Shown in pieces: positions 1 through 12,689 of a DNA stretch of 64,000 bases (position 1 is its first letter; the number at the start of each line of letters is the position of its first letter). The notes below the pieces were generated by a model. It saw nothing but the letters and a program-made list of their open reading frames with translations. It ran no database searches and was not told the DNA's origin. Made by a program: the position numbers and the translations under genes. The stretch comes from Takakia lepidozioides (Eukaryota > Plantae > Bryophyta). Where the stretch lies: contig CM060732.1 in NCBI GenBank assembly GCA_030704615.1, positions 56,854,001 to 56,918,000 on the forward strand, read 5' to 3'.

Positions 1-1052
1 ATAGTTGCTTCCGACCCAATGCCACGTACATTCCAGGATGTTAGGGAATAATTCATGGAGGATCAGGTAGCAAGCCCATGGGAAAACCATGATTCGAAGG
101 CTTGAAAATAGAAAGGCAGCACCCCGCAACACCACGTAAAGGAGATGAAACGAGTGCCACAAAGGCTTCCAAGGGCACAAAGCATGTTGCAAAAGATTGC
201 TTTCTTATAAAACTGAGGCAGGGCCAAGCACCTGTCCACCCTGAACAAATCCTCCGCATATTGAGTCTCTGAAGCAAAATAGACTTGAGGGCCAGACAAG
301 ACATCATAATGAAAGGCGAGGTCAGGCAAGGGGAACGTCTAGGGACATTGAATGGAACCAAATGGCATTTGTCGACCCCTACTTGTCTTAAGTAAGGCCT
401 TGCAGAGCTGAAGAGAGTGAAAAAGAGGGTGGCTCACCGGAGGGGGAGCTTGGAGAGCCAGATCCATCGGAGCCAGATTAGCCGAGGGAGATTCCACCTA
501 CATCGTGGAAATGACCATGAGGCCGTCGCTGGAGTGAGGCTTTACCAAAGAGGCAGCGTATGCTTTGGCTTTCTCAGCAGCGAACAGAAGCGTGTTACCC
601 TCTTGGAGTATTTCTGCCATCCGCTGCTTATCCCCTTGCAAGCCCACATCATTAGGAATGGAGTTTCCAGATAGCCACATCATGCTAGCAATACCTGCCT
701 CAAGCAGTCTGACTTCGGAGAGCCTCATGACAGGCAAGACCTGTACAAAGAAATCATAAGGAGCAACGTTTTGATAAAAGAGGAAGGAGCCAAAGTAAAT
801 TAATGTTTCTGCAGATAGAGAAAAGAGGGGAAGTTGGGAGGAGAAGATCTGCTTAACCTTGGAGATCATGAGGTCAATTTATTGAGAATCAATAAGAGAG
901 AAAACATCAACCTCCGAGATATATGTGTTGAGGAACATATTATCACCCGTCAAGAGAATTGAAGGTTTCCCGTCTGGAAAGGCAAAGATGATAGGGGTGA
1001 TTTGGATCTTCACTGTAACTGATCCCACCAGTTTGCCGCTGTCATTACGAAG

Positions 1053-3600
1053 TCATGCTGTCTCAGATAAATAAACATTCGAGAAAGACTTCAATTGATT
1101 CAGGCAATAGCTTGCCAAATTCGGGGGGATCCCTGCTTCAAGAAAAAAAGAAGTTGGCTTACCTTGAATTTGCCTCTCTGAAAGAAGGGATTTGGACGGG
1201 ATCTTGCAGTCGTGATCTGCACCCGAAGCGACACGACGCACTGTTTTTCCATCTCTTTTTGATGGGTGGGAGTCGGCACCGGGTGGAGGCATTGCCGGAG
1301 CACGTGGCACATTTGTGCTGACAGTGCATGAGGGCACCACCCGGGACCGTGCAAGACAGAACCCTCCCTCCTCCAACATGCTTATCTCGGTTGATGACAG
1401 TGACGTCCCAAGTTTCACAGGCCAAATTGCGGGGGGAAGGGGCTTCATTATCACCGAAGGACGAACTGTTCCCTTGACGCATCGTGCCATATCGTCTGGG
1501 CAGAACCAGAACTTGTGGTCCTTTGACTCCCCACTATGATAAGGTCGGAACAACCCTGTGAATGTTGGAGCTGGAGTCCCCTGGAGCCTTTGCATATTTT
1601 TTATTTGCATTTCTTGAAAGAGGGGGTCCGAATTGCCATGCAAGCCACTCTAGATCCTGGTGGGGTGCATTCTATATGCCACTCACTGTCAATGCAATCA
1701 GATTCATGCACCATGGACACCACCTCCTCCAATGGGATTCCTGCTGCTGTGCTTGCATGATCTGCACCTGCTCCACTGGAGGAGGACCCACCTGGGAAGG
1801 GGCAGGCACATGACTTAGTCTGCACTGGAGACACCTTTGGTATAGAGAAATTGACCCTGTCCGGCCGATGGGAATCTCCATCCGACCCTGGAGGAGTGTT
1901 CAATTTCATTTTGCATGATCCAAATCTTTCCTCGCCTTCCAAATGGGGGATCCTGGATTGCAAAGGGGAGCCTTCAGTGCACCTGTTCAGAGCTTTGACC
2001 ATCTTTGATGGGTCTCCGGACCTGCTCGTAGCCCTTAGCATCAACAAAGTCGTATCAGGGCCCTTGCCTCCGCCCCGTCCCATTAGAAAATTGCGGTACC
2101 TGGTTTGTTGTGTATGTGCCCGCACCATGTCATCAGCAGTGGCCACATACAAGTCACGTCATGCTTTGGTAGACTGCTGCATCCAGGCGTTGTGAACAGT
2201 CTCCGCCAAATTACAGGATGGCATGTCGGCCAAGTCCTCCAAGGACATGTCTTGTAGGAGGCATTGCATGCAAATGTGAGGAACGAAAGGAAATGGAAGA
2301 GGTTCTGCAAGTGACAATCCAACAACCCCAAACGAACAGGCACGATGCAAAGTGAAATTTGTGTTTTTGGGATTGAAGAGGCTTACTGTCGTCATGAAAG
2401 CTCCCCACTGTCTGAACATGAAGTGCCAGAAAACCAACCAGTCCTCCAACTCCTTCAGGTGGATACCAGTAGCAGTACCAGAGGAGAACCACCAAGCCCG
2501 GATTGCTTGGTAAGTGCTCTCAGCTTCTCCCATTGAGGTGACTTTTTTGTACTTGAGGCAGAGCCTTCTGTGCTCCAATTGAGTCGGGGCAAATGCAACG
2601 CTTTGTATGACGTGCCAGAGATTGACTCCAATGGACGGTCGACACTAGCGTCGAGAAGAAAGATGGACGTTATCAATGTTAACTATTGACGGACTTCATC
2701 AAACAGGTCAAAAGTGTCGCCGTGCACTTGCCAGCTATTTGAAAGCCTCCGGTATGAGGGTCATGAAGACATGGAATTGTCTGAATAGTATATACCTGAC
2801 GAAGGGGGATTGTCCAGGAGAGATGGTAAATCTGCCTTCTTGTTCCTCTTCTTGGTGGTTCTCGGATGGAGTTGCATAGGTCGCTCAAACTCATAAATAG
2901 GGGCCTGGTTTTGAAGCTTCTTAGTTCCTTGTGGATGTCCTATTCGTAGACTCGTTTGTTTGAAGCTGTTTGTCTCGTCCGAGTGCATCCACCTACGACT
3001 CCGGCCGTCATTAGGGAGTTCGCCATCACTCATGGGGGCAAGTTCATAGACGAGAGGACAGATCCTCCCACGGATGACATGCACCATAACTACGTCGACA
3101 GCAATGTGTGCTTGCGAAGGGGGAATGGGGTTCCTTGGAGAGGGGCGAGGGAGAGGAGCCCGACTTTCATTCAAACGATTGTGGAGCGCTGCACCTACAC
3201 AGACGCCAGAGTTCTGAATTTGTCAATGGGCAGAGGTTCGTCTCTTCAACATACACATTTCATGAGATTTGTTTGAGCTTGTACTTTCAGCACTTCCCAC
3301 CATTCCAAATGTGTCTTCAATGTCTGTTTCCTTCATTCTATTCCACTGCAGGTGCTTCGTACCACACTTGCAAGGCTAGTGCGCGACATCTCTTTGGGAT
3401 TGAAGGGGATGCCGAGATTTACAAGAACCTCCTGATGGGTTTGGGTGGACACACTTCTCAAGTCCTTCCGAAGCCCCTTCCCGGTGATATTGATACAGGG
3501 GAAACTTCCGACAAGGAGCTGGATTCCGACTTTGCCTGTGAGTAAGTTCAACCTGTGGATGCTTGCATTGTTGTTTCAATATCCATAATCACTGTTCTTA
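1053..3600 (-). pseudogene. Degenerate second MULE-like transposase remnant (frameshifted, core probably deleted)
   Basis: Minus-strand fragments HWSQSLARHTKRCICP (~2640-2585, off-frame), HRRLCLKYK..IRAWWFSSG..WLVFWHFMFRQWGAFM..PSCNLAETVHNAW (2159-2578) and YVATADDMVRA (1601-2152). These resemble the xxH and N-x-x-E-x-x-H regions of Mutator-superfamily transposases. Boundaries are approximate. Confidence 0.45.
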
Positions 3601-3937
3601 AGACAAAGTGCACATGGGAGACATCCTCTTCGTTGGACTTGTGCATTGCATCATTGTGTTCAAAATGGGTTTTTGTCGACTTGTACAGGAGTCCGCGTGC
3701 TTCCAATGACCCTCCAGGGCTATCACACCTATTTGGACTTCTTTCAAGTCCTCCTCGGTCTTACGTGCTACCTGTCTATGCGGAGGCACTCGCAGCAAGC
3801 ATGTCCGTTCATGGCACTCGCAGTCCACCCATCAATGGCCGTGGTAGAAGACGTGGTGTTGGGGCCAGATTCTTATCCAGCTCCCCGTGGCCTACCTTCT
3901 ATGACCTTCCAGCTTAGTCTCGTTTTTGTGCGCTCAG

Positions 3938-5968
3938 TGGCGAAAGCGAAAGCCATAGATGAGTCTTACGTGATGACCGAACTCAATCTGGGAACGCAAA
4001 ACCATATCATAGATCTTACAGAAGAGTCTGAGGAAGCAATTGCCGGTGGGTCTTCCATACATGTTCTTGATGTTTCCCAAGTCCATGGAGATCCGAACAC
4101 CCAGCCGGCTGTCCACCAGACTGACCAGCACACTGAACAGTGGACACATGGAAGGACTGCCGAGCAACCTGTGGCGGGGCAGCATATTGTCTTCATTGAT
4201 GAGCAGACTGAACCGCAGACTAACCAGCAGACTGCACAGGTCACAGATGGAAGGACTGACCAGGATGGCTCGGAGCGGCAGACTGCACAGCTCAGCTCTG
4301 ACTGCACAGTTCAGACTGCACGACTTGACCAGCACACTGCACACTTCACAAAGGGAAGGACTGACGACCAACCTACCACCGAGCACATTGCCCACATTGA
4401 GGAAGAGACTGAACCGCATAGTTGCCAGCAGTGTAAACAAACCTGCTGACCAGCCTCTGTTGCGAAATAGGGCGGCAGCGCTGCATTTGTCTGCTCTATC
4501 CAGCCCGCCTACAGCTATCCCTGCTTCCCAGGGGAGAGGCAAAGCCAAGAAGTGGACTGTCGTGGACCGTCATGGACCATGCTGAGGAGGTCGAGGATGG
4601 GTCCGAGTACCAAGAGACCGGCGAAGAAAAAGTCTGGCGTCTTTATGAACAAAAACCGCAAGCTGGCCTTGGACATGGACAAAGATGTGGGTCGTTTCTT
4701 AGAGCAGCATAGGTGAGTACTGTGCTCAGTCTCCTCGTCTGTCTTTGTCGTTAAGTGTTTTGCGCTCTGTTGTGGTCAGTCTGCACGTTGGTCAGTCTGC
4801 TGCTGGTTTCATCATCGTCTGTTGTGGTTAGTCTTGTCAGTCTGATGAATTGTTCAGCCTGTAGAGTGTTTGGTACCATGTTGACGTCAGTCTATTCAGT
4901 ACATGAGGCTTCCCGAAGGATGGTCTGCTCTGTGCAAGATGGGTGCTCGGTTTGGCAAAGCACATGCTCTGCACGTGAAGGCGGGTAATTCCATGCTGAT
5001 GTTTTTTGAAGGGGACCCACGGTTTGAATGCGGACTGTCGCCGGATGACATAAAGGCACTCCAGAAGGTTGAGTCGGAGTGCACATATAGACTCCTGGAG
5101 CTATGGTGTCGATTATATGAGAAGTCGGTTGAGGCTGCGTTCACCAACACTATTGTTGTTCTTCCAACGTCGACGTGGACGGAGTTGAAGTCATTGGGGG
5201 TGGGGGCAACATGAAAGCCTTCTGGAGGTCTTGAAAGGTTGCCTCAGCACTGAACGACTGGGCAAGGATTTGAAAGAGTGCGATTTCATTTTGGTGCCAA
5301 TTGGGGACGAGTAAGAACTCTTCCGAGTCTGCTGAGACTGTCTCATGAGTCATAGTCTGGTTTCGCAGTGTCGTCTTAACTCTGAGCGATTAAGTTGACC
5401 TCTGTATTTGTGCAGTGGACTGGGTTTGAAGATTGAGTCTGCTGAGTGCTGAGTCTGCTGAGTGGTCGGTCTGCTGAGTGTCAGTCTGCTGAGTCTGCCC
5501 ATCATGATTGTGCAATGACACCATGTTGTTTGATACCATTGCAGGGGGCACTGGAGGGTTTGTATCATCGACCTCCGCAAGGGCTGTTACACTCACCTGA
5601 ACTCTATCAGGGACTCGCATAAATGTCCTTTTGTTCTAGGGTGGATTCGGAAGCTTCATGCTGAGTGCTTAGGGTACTCGATGGACTCACCAGAGTGGCA
5701 TGAGATTGTCCAAGCATTTCAGTTCCACGCGCCTGATGTGCCCCAGCAACCATTCAGCTGGGAGTGTGGCTTTTACGTCATGTCATTCATTCAAGTGTTT
5801 TGTGAGTGGGTAAAAGTCAGAGCAAATGTCTCCAAGAATGCAAAGCCAGAGAGAGGAACACCTTTCACGAAGGACTGGTTTACTTTCAAGTTTGCACTTG
5901 GGCAGCGAATGCAGTGCGCCCAGTATATCGTGCGGGGGTTGGACAATGTAGAGAAACTGCTCTCATGA
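3938..5968 (+). pseudogene. TE-borne Ulp1/peptidase C48 (SUMO-protease-like) gene, 3' portion, disrupted
   Basis: A Q/T-rich low-complexity exon (~3938-4712) is followed by an exon (~4900-5270) ending DFILVPIGD|gtaag. The last exon, 5545-5968, reads GHWRVCIIDL...HLNS...VPQQPFSWECGFYVMSF, giving the His, Asn (for Asp), oxyanion Gln and Cys of C48 proteases. In-frame stop at 4447 and a frameshift near 5210. Confidence 0.75.
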
Positions 5969-6591
5969 GTATGATGTACTTGTCCTGTGAAGTCTATGTA
6001 CCGAAATAAAAATTGCGAGTCTTTTCGCTTACTATTCCAGTGGTGATGAGCACTTTTGTGTACTGTGGGTACTGGCATGTTTTGTAATGTTGTCACTAAA
6101 CTCAATGGACACAATGGTGTCAATTTTTCCATGCACTATGCACCCGAGTCTGCTGAGCTTGAATGTGCGAGCAGTACGCTGCCGAGGCTAGGACTGGTGG
6201 GTCTGGTACCTAGTCTGGTAGGCACCATGTCTATGAGTCCGCTGGGACGCTGGATTGGCATGAGTCGTTAGGGAGGTAGTCCACTGGAGCCTGTCCATTT
6301 TGAGTCTGCTGTTGTGGATGAGTCTGCTTGAGACTTAGTTTGTCCAGTAGTCTGGTGGAAGAGTTGCAGGGATGAGGTGGAAGTGTGGTGAGCAGACTTT
6401 TGGAGTGGGCAGCAGACTGACCAGCAGACTGGCTTACTGGCGCTCGCAGTCTGTTGACTGTGACTCTGTTGGGAGACTGCGTGAGTCCGTTGGGAGACTA
6501 TGCTTGGGAGACTGTGTGGGAGTCCGTTGGGAGACTGTGCATTAGTCCATTGCGGACTTGTATTTCAGAAAGGGACAATGCTACCAGAGGA

Positions 6592-6721
6592 ATTGCAGAC
6601 TTATATTGTCTTCTCCGTGACACCTACACGACGTGAAACCTTGTCTCTTTTCGAGGCATTGCAGACTTATATTGTCTTCTTCGTGACATCTACACGACCT
6701 GAAACCTTGCGAATTTTCGAG
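6592..6721. repeat. 66-bp tandem duplication at the transposase 3' end
   Basis: attgcagacttatattgtcttct(c/t)cgtgaca(c/t)ctacacgac(g/c)tgaaaccttg... starts at 6592 and again at 6658. Confidence 0.9.
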
Positions 6722-9700
6722 TATATATGTGTTGCAGGTGCAGGTGCAGACACCCTCTTGCTGGTTCTCCACAAAACCCTAGGCCGGGTTTTCCAGGCCT
6801 CCACGAAATCTCGTCTCCTTTTCAGAGACATGTTGTTGTTGTGGTTCAGAGGACGGAAAGCCTTCGCTGCCGCAGGGTGCAACATTCCAGCCGCACTTTT
6901 CGCCAGGATATCAACGAGCTGCCCTCTGCACATATGAAGAGCAGATCGGGCATGTGCCTCCAGGTATTTGTCATCACCTACAATGCGAAGTATGTCCGCG
7001 AATTCTTGTTCCATTGAGGCTGAGACCTCCAGAGGTGCCTCGTCGTAGGGGAAGTCATCCAGAGGATGTCTTTCCATGAACTGATTGGATTCGTCGTTGC
7101 CGCCGGCACCATTGCCCAAGAGCAAGTTAGGTAATCCTCCATGAATGGTTCCCAGCGCCGTGCCACAAGCGCGCACAAGGAGGCCATCCTGCAGGTCAGG
7201 GTGAAGCATCTTCAGGACACGGACCCGATGCTTGCATAAGTTTCCCTTCATTGCCTATGGGCACGTGCAACAACCCCAATCGCAATCAAGATTGTAAACA
7301 ATGTATGTTGTGCTGGGGTGGTTGCTGCTGAGAACATAGGCTGGTTCATCAGGACCCAAGGGAAGAGTAACACTCTCAGCAGGAATGTCTCGTGCCGCAA
7401 GTATAGAACTGGATATGTACTTTTCGTGTTTGTCATTTCTTATGAACCCGTGGGTCTTCAAATGGATTGCGTACCAGTAGTGTGTTAGCACACGGCCAGT
7501 GAGTTCCCATATAAGCCAGTCCACTCTACGACCACTCATCTTGCCTTTCCCCATGGCAAGTCTTGCCTTCAGATTTACATGGTATGCCTCAATGCTTGCG
7601 TTTGTGTCTTGGCTCGCATGAGGGACATGGCGGGCTGCTGTACACCACATTGCTATTTTGGGCTTCCAGTACTGTTCGATATAGTCAAGAAATTCATGTC
7701 CTTTCGGGTATTTTGACCTCATACGACGGATTCTCCTTGCCACCCACCGAAGCGTTTTTTTCTCGTTGCGTGGTCCTCCTCTACAGTACATGAGGTCTCC
7801 CATATCCTTCAACAAGTTTACAACGGTCACCGGATCCTTCGTTTTCTTGCATGATTGCTTCACCCATGCCTTGCGGACATGCCAAAGGCAGAGGAAAATG
7901 AGTACTCCTTCAAAAACAATTCTACACAACACACATGGTACACATTAGAGTCTTAGGATCGGACTGCAATGGTGGACTGCCGGAGTGGACTGTAATAACG
8001 ACGTGTATCAGCGGGCAGAGCCACTGGACTCGCCCAGTGGACAGTACAATGCCATGACGTCGATGTGCTGGAATAACCCCATTGGACTACCCAGTGGACT
8101 TCCCCATTGGACTTCCCCTAGCTAGGACTGGGGCAGCGAACTGCATTAGCGGACTGCCGAGCGGACTTGCCGGGGACTGCCAGCGGACTTGCCAGCGGAC
8201 TGATGAGCGGACTTGACAGCGGACTACCAGTGGATTTGCCCAGCGAACTGCCATCGGATTTCGCCACAGGAGTCTGCCAGTGGACTGTAGCAATGGACTG
8301 CTGCAGTGGACCTCGACAATGGACCGGTGTTGTGGACCAACAGACTTACCGAATAGCGTTGATTTCCACTTCGGCATCGTCCACAATGAAGGCATTGGGT
8401 CGCCAGCTCGGCAAATCTGCGAGGAGTGAATCGTGCAAGGCTCTCATCCACGGAACCAGGTCTCTTGTCCGATTCCTTGCGGATAGGATATAGACAACTG
8501 GTATACCGTTCAACCACTCGTCGAAGACCATCAACGTGTACAATGGGAACTGTTGGAATGCACAATGTAAGGTGGTCAGAGCATGCAAATTCTGCTCAGT
8601 TCTGCACGAGAAGACTTCATAAGAGTGATGAGGTCTGTAGCGGTTCACAATGGGTCTGCCTCTCGGTCTTCCGCAACGTACACAACCCTAAACATACAGA
8701 AAGGGTCAGCACACCAAATATTATGTGAATGTTGCATGGTACTATGCTATCATGCTCGTATAAGTCCATGGAATCGTTCGAATAGTACCTTGTCATAATT
8801 TGTCCCAAAGGTTGCATCACATGCAACGATACGGTCATATCCTAGTTCCAGCATTCGTCGTTTCTGCCACGGAGTCTGTATGCCAATAGTGAATGTCAAA
8901 TCTCCATCAAAATGCTCGAATATTGGCTCTAATTTCTCCTCTTGATAGAAAAAAATGGACGCAGGATTCTGGTCTCTCTACATGCACACACTCTCTGCAT
9001 CATCGGCGTGTTTTTTGAAGGTTTGCCACGCACGTTTCTCGGCAAGGTTGCGAACATCTTGCTCCAACAAGAAATCATCGCGGGTCCATGCATCGCCCAA
9101 GCCGGTGTTGTTCATCACGTGCTCTTTATGCTCCATCATGATTTGGGCGACCGACAGGCCTCGGCACAAACACTCGACGACCCAGGCTTTCAATTCCTCG
9201 CTAATGTGTGGTGCATAGGCGTGGCGGGTGTTCCTGAACTCTGTGGACTTCCCATGCGAGGGTTTCCCTTGCGCATCTGTATGCTCCATGTTGTTGTAGT
9301 ACGTGAGGACACAGATGTCAGGGGCGAGATAGCATTGTTGGACCTTGAAAGAGCATTGGCAACCACGTTTGTAAGACTCTCCATACTCCGACTTCTTTCT
9401 CCTTGGGCCTTTATGAGGGCAAGATGCTCCAGCACCCACAAGAGGTCCTCCACGCTTTTGTTTTGGATCCTCCACTATTGCCTTGTTGGTGCGCTTGTCA
9501 TCAGGACCGTAGCAGCATTGATACCTGGACAGAAAATTCTAAAATCGATATCCAACGACTTGAAGAAGCATAAAATCAGAGAACTCGTGAAACAAAAAAT
9601 GGCAACAGACATGTAATGAAACGTCAAAATGACTGAGGATGGTGCACACATAATACTGGATAGAAATGTGTTGGCTCTGGGTGCTTTTCGAGAGCCGGGT

Positions 9701-9972
9701 TCCACTTTAGAATGGACATTCACCCAAAACTGAGTGGGGTAGTTCTCCAAACTCTCCTCTCCCAGGACAAAGTCACCAACTCTATCCCAAGGTATGCAGT
9801 CCTTTTCAACATTCACTCGCACACCCATAAACCCATATTGCGTCTCACTCTTCCAATTGAGATCCTTCCTATTGAAGGGTCCTGGTTTTGTTGTTTGCAA
9901 ACATTGTCGAAGAGGCCGTATAAGCGGGCTTTCCGTGATCAGTATATCATCGGGTTTTGCTTCCACGTCCAT
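6667..9972 (-). pseudogene. MULE DDE transposase with SWIM zinc finger, 4 exons, two in-frame stops
   Basis: Exons 9972-9650, 9524-8789, 8549-8350 and 7921-6667 with GT-AG introns. Motifs: CCYGPDD, KRGCQCSF..HTDAQGKPSHG, D1 in CDATFGTN, D2 in FIVDDA, CLWH, E in TNASIEAYH, and SWIM CTCP*AMKGNLCKH. TAG stops at 8978-8980 and 7255-7257. Confidence 0.9.
7961..8345. repeat. GGACT motif array filling transposase intron 3
   Basis: About 17 exact GGACT plus single-mismatch variants, spaced mostly 11-12 nt in the core (e.g. agcggactgccg agcggacttgcc ggggactgcc agcggacttgcc agcggactgatg). Confidence 0.9.
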
Positions 9973-10116
9973 GCCCTATACAGTACAAAGGACACGCTTT
10001 TGAACATGCAAGAAACGCGCCGGAGTACAGGACACGATCGACAACGTGCCAGGAGAACAGTGCGCACGTTCGCGGCTGCTGGCAAGTGGCAGGCGGCAGG
10101 GATGCAGGTTTGAATT

Positions 10117-10523
10117 GCAGCCCTAAAAATGGAGGGCTCGGATGGGTTATGGGAATGGACGGTGGCGATCATGCGCCGTCAGCGGATTGGATGGCAGGGG
10201 ACTGGCGGACTGGCAGACTGCTGGGCAGCGGACTGGCCAGCAGCGGACTGGCGGGCAGACTGGCGGACTAGCAGACAGCTGGGCAGCCGACTGGCCAGCA
10301 GCGGACTGGCAGACTGGAGGGCAGCGGACTCATGGCCGGGGGACTGGCCGCGCGGCGGACGGGGGCGCGGGCGCGGTTGCTGCAGCCGCGCCCGCGGCTA
10401 GGCGACCGCGCGCAGCGGCGGGCGGGGCGGGCGGGGTGCTGGGGAGCCGGGCGTCCGTGCGCGGGGCCCACCGGCCACATCGCACGTGCCCATTGAAGAC
10501 CCTATTATCTTAAAATGAGAGGC
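10117..10523. repeat. Long GC-rich terminal repeat (TIR) of the MULE, copy A
   Basis: Near-identical to 24939-25317, from gcagccctaaaaatggagggctcgg to cttaaaatgagag(g/a)c. Contains (C/A)GACTGG sub-repeats. Confidence 0.92.
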
Positions 10524-11049
10524 GAGAAAAAGTCTGTTGAATTTCAGTAATTGCATGGAGACGGTGGTGATCATTGTTATATTTGATATTCGCTATTTTC
10601 CATGCACACTTCTTTGGCCGAATGAAATTGTACGGATGGGAAGACAGGATCTCCTGAGGTGCATGAGGTCGCTTCAGCGAGACACTTGGAGCTCTCTTCC
10701 AACCCAACTTACAGATGCAAACTGCAACGGAGTTGAAAAGAAGAAACTATCCTCAGGTTCCCTCAAAGAAGAATTGAGAAACCGACAGGAAGGGCAGGAG
10801 CAACAGCGAGAGAACAAAATGCAGAGAAGACAACAAGAAGCCCCCCACTAAAACTTAGCACGCTCAAGTCACTTTGCTAATTTGTTACGCATCCTCATCG
10901 ACTATTATTACCCTCGCCCACTAGTTTTGCTAATCCGCTAATGTGCAGTATAGGTAAGTTGGTGTTTACACTTTGCATTGCACTGCTCAGAAATTTGTGA
11001 AGGTAATTTTGATACAAGGTTACTTATTTATTGTTGTTGTGACTACCTG

Positions 11050-12140
11050 CGCATCAGTGTCAAAAATCGCTAATAAGCCCTCATGTGCCTTCCCCATGGG
11101 GTAGCTCCTGTGCCTCTCCTTTGCTTCTAATACCTCCTCAGATAACATCTTTCTTATTGAAAAAATTACGAAAAATAAATGGATGAATTTCAGGTTTATT
11201 ATGGATGAAAGTATATTTCACTATTCGCAAAGAGGAGCCATATGTGTCTAAGTTAGCCACTTGTTCAGTGACAATCTTCAAAAAATCGGCAGAGGAGCTA
11301 GACAACATAGTTCACGGCGATACCAAATGCTATAGAAAGGGGATTTTTGCTATAAAACTCACAATTAAGGAGGTACAACGATCTTTGCCCATTATGCCCG
11401 ATTCATCCGATACCAACGATGATATCGCCTAGTTTGGTTGTCCATCCACCTTCCACTATCGTGGACTCTATCGACCTGGATCCTGTCATCTCAGTTGCGA
11501 TACCCCAATCCAGAACGGAGCCAGTCCAGCGGAGAAATAAAGGGAAGTAAACTGGTCCGAAAATGGGCAATGACAAGATAGGACACCCCAAGGGGTCTCG
11601 ACGGAGAAGGGTCATGGCACTGACTAAGGGCTTGGTTCATTATGATATACTTAAAGACCTGGACACGTTGCAACCTGCTATTTCTTTGCGGCAGCTGTTG
11701 GCTATCGCACCTCAATGCCGGGCTTCTTTGCAGTCATCTCTAGTGCGGAAACAGGCAACAAATAACGACGTCCATGAAGTGAGTATATCCTCACTCAATC
11801 CGGATCCAGGTGCCCCCGTCCTAGATGTGACAATAGATGGCGTTGTTATTATTTTGGGGGGGGGTTAAAAGGGGACAGAGGCCCCAATTTATTGGCTCGT
11901 TTTTATTCTAAAGAGAAGACTACGCATCTGTGTCAAAAATCGCTAAGCCCATGTTTACCCAAGCATCACCTCCTCTCCTTTGCTGGAAACTCGTTCATGA
12001 TGTGGCTTCTCCAAGTAATACCTCTCTTAGGTTATATCTTTGGTATTGAACAACTTATGCGAAATAAATGGATGAACTTTCAAGTTTATTATGGATGAAA
12101 GTAGATTTCATTATTCACAAAGAGGAGCCATATGCGACTA
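11050..12140. repeat. Diverged ~200-bp direct repeat pair (11050-11250 and 11923-12140)
   Basis: Both copies share cgcatc(a/t)gtgtcaaaaatcgctaa and aaataaatggatgaa..tttattatggatgaaagta(t/g)atttca(c/t)tattc(g/a)caaagaggagccatatg. Confidence 0.85.
11400..11850 (+). mobile_element. Ty3/gypsy gag-protease junction fragment
   Basis: YDILKDLDTLQPAISLRQLLAIAPQCRASL...APVLDVTIDG resembles the segment just upstream of the aspartic protease in Ty3-type elements. It is truncated at a G-run before the catalytic D. Confidence 0.55.
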
Positions 12141-12689
12141 GCCGCTTGTTAAGAGAGGAGAGGGAAAAATAACCTATAAGAACCATAAAGGACAACAAGC
12201 AAAGGGGCAGCCACCTGAGATCCACCCGATCCCGAAAAGCCAGACATGGCCAGCAACCGAAGAACTAGTATAAGGGGCAGATCCCTTAATAGCAAACAAC
12301 AGAGCCTGTAGAAGAATTCATTTGTAGGTGCAACAGAAACTAAAACATGAGCCCAAGCCACCGTACGCTTGCTCCTCAACATTTTCAAAATTGAGATATG
12401 CATTGAGCCCGGGGCCGCGGTCCTTCTTATGACGCCAATTGATATCGTCGTCTTCCCCTTGAGTAGGCAGGGACCACATCTCAAGTGATCTGCCAACAAC
12501 TAGGGAGATCTCGGATCCAGCACGTGCCTCCTTCAACAAACCCATATTAATAGATGATTTGTCTCCAGCCCCACAGCAGTCGAATTGAGAAATGAGAGAT
12601 GGTTGTTTGTCTTCAGAGCATCTGCATAGAGCTAATTTCTGCACCCCCCACGCTTTCACACCCTCTATATTAGTAAATCGTTGTAGATA

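Larger units (their letters stand above)
3913..10523. mobile_element. Mutator-like element, part 1 (3' half of Ulp1 gene + transposase + TIR)
   Basis: Contains a SWIM/DDE transposase (-) and a convergent Ulp1 protease gene (+). Ends in a 407-bp TIR (...cttaaaatgagaggc) followed by 9-bp GAGAAAAAG. Right end is exact; left boundary is approximate. Confidence 0.8.

Noticed and set aside
1-1050. ORFs 53-361 and 498-869 as genes
   Set aside because: No recognisable domain or splice structure. Possibly decayed TE sequence, so left uncalled.
7961-8345. Regularly spaced short repeats as a CRISPR array
   Set aside because: The core is 5-7 bp with ~5-nt spacers, in a eukaryotic intron, with no cas genes.
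8942-9616. 224-aa plus-strand ORF (also 19904-20509 + and 3934-4548 -)
   Set aside because: These are antisense shadows of real or repeat-rich coding exons.
9957-10513. ORFs with ADWRA/GQRT repeats here and at 24789-25312
   Set aside because: They are by-products of the GC-rich TIR sub-repeats and are open in several frames on both strands.
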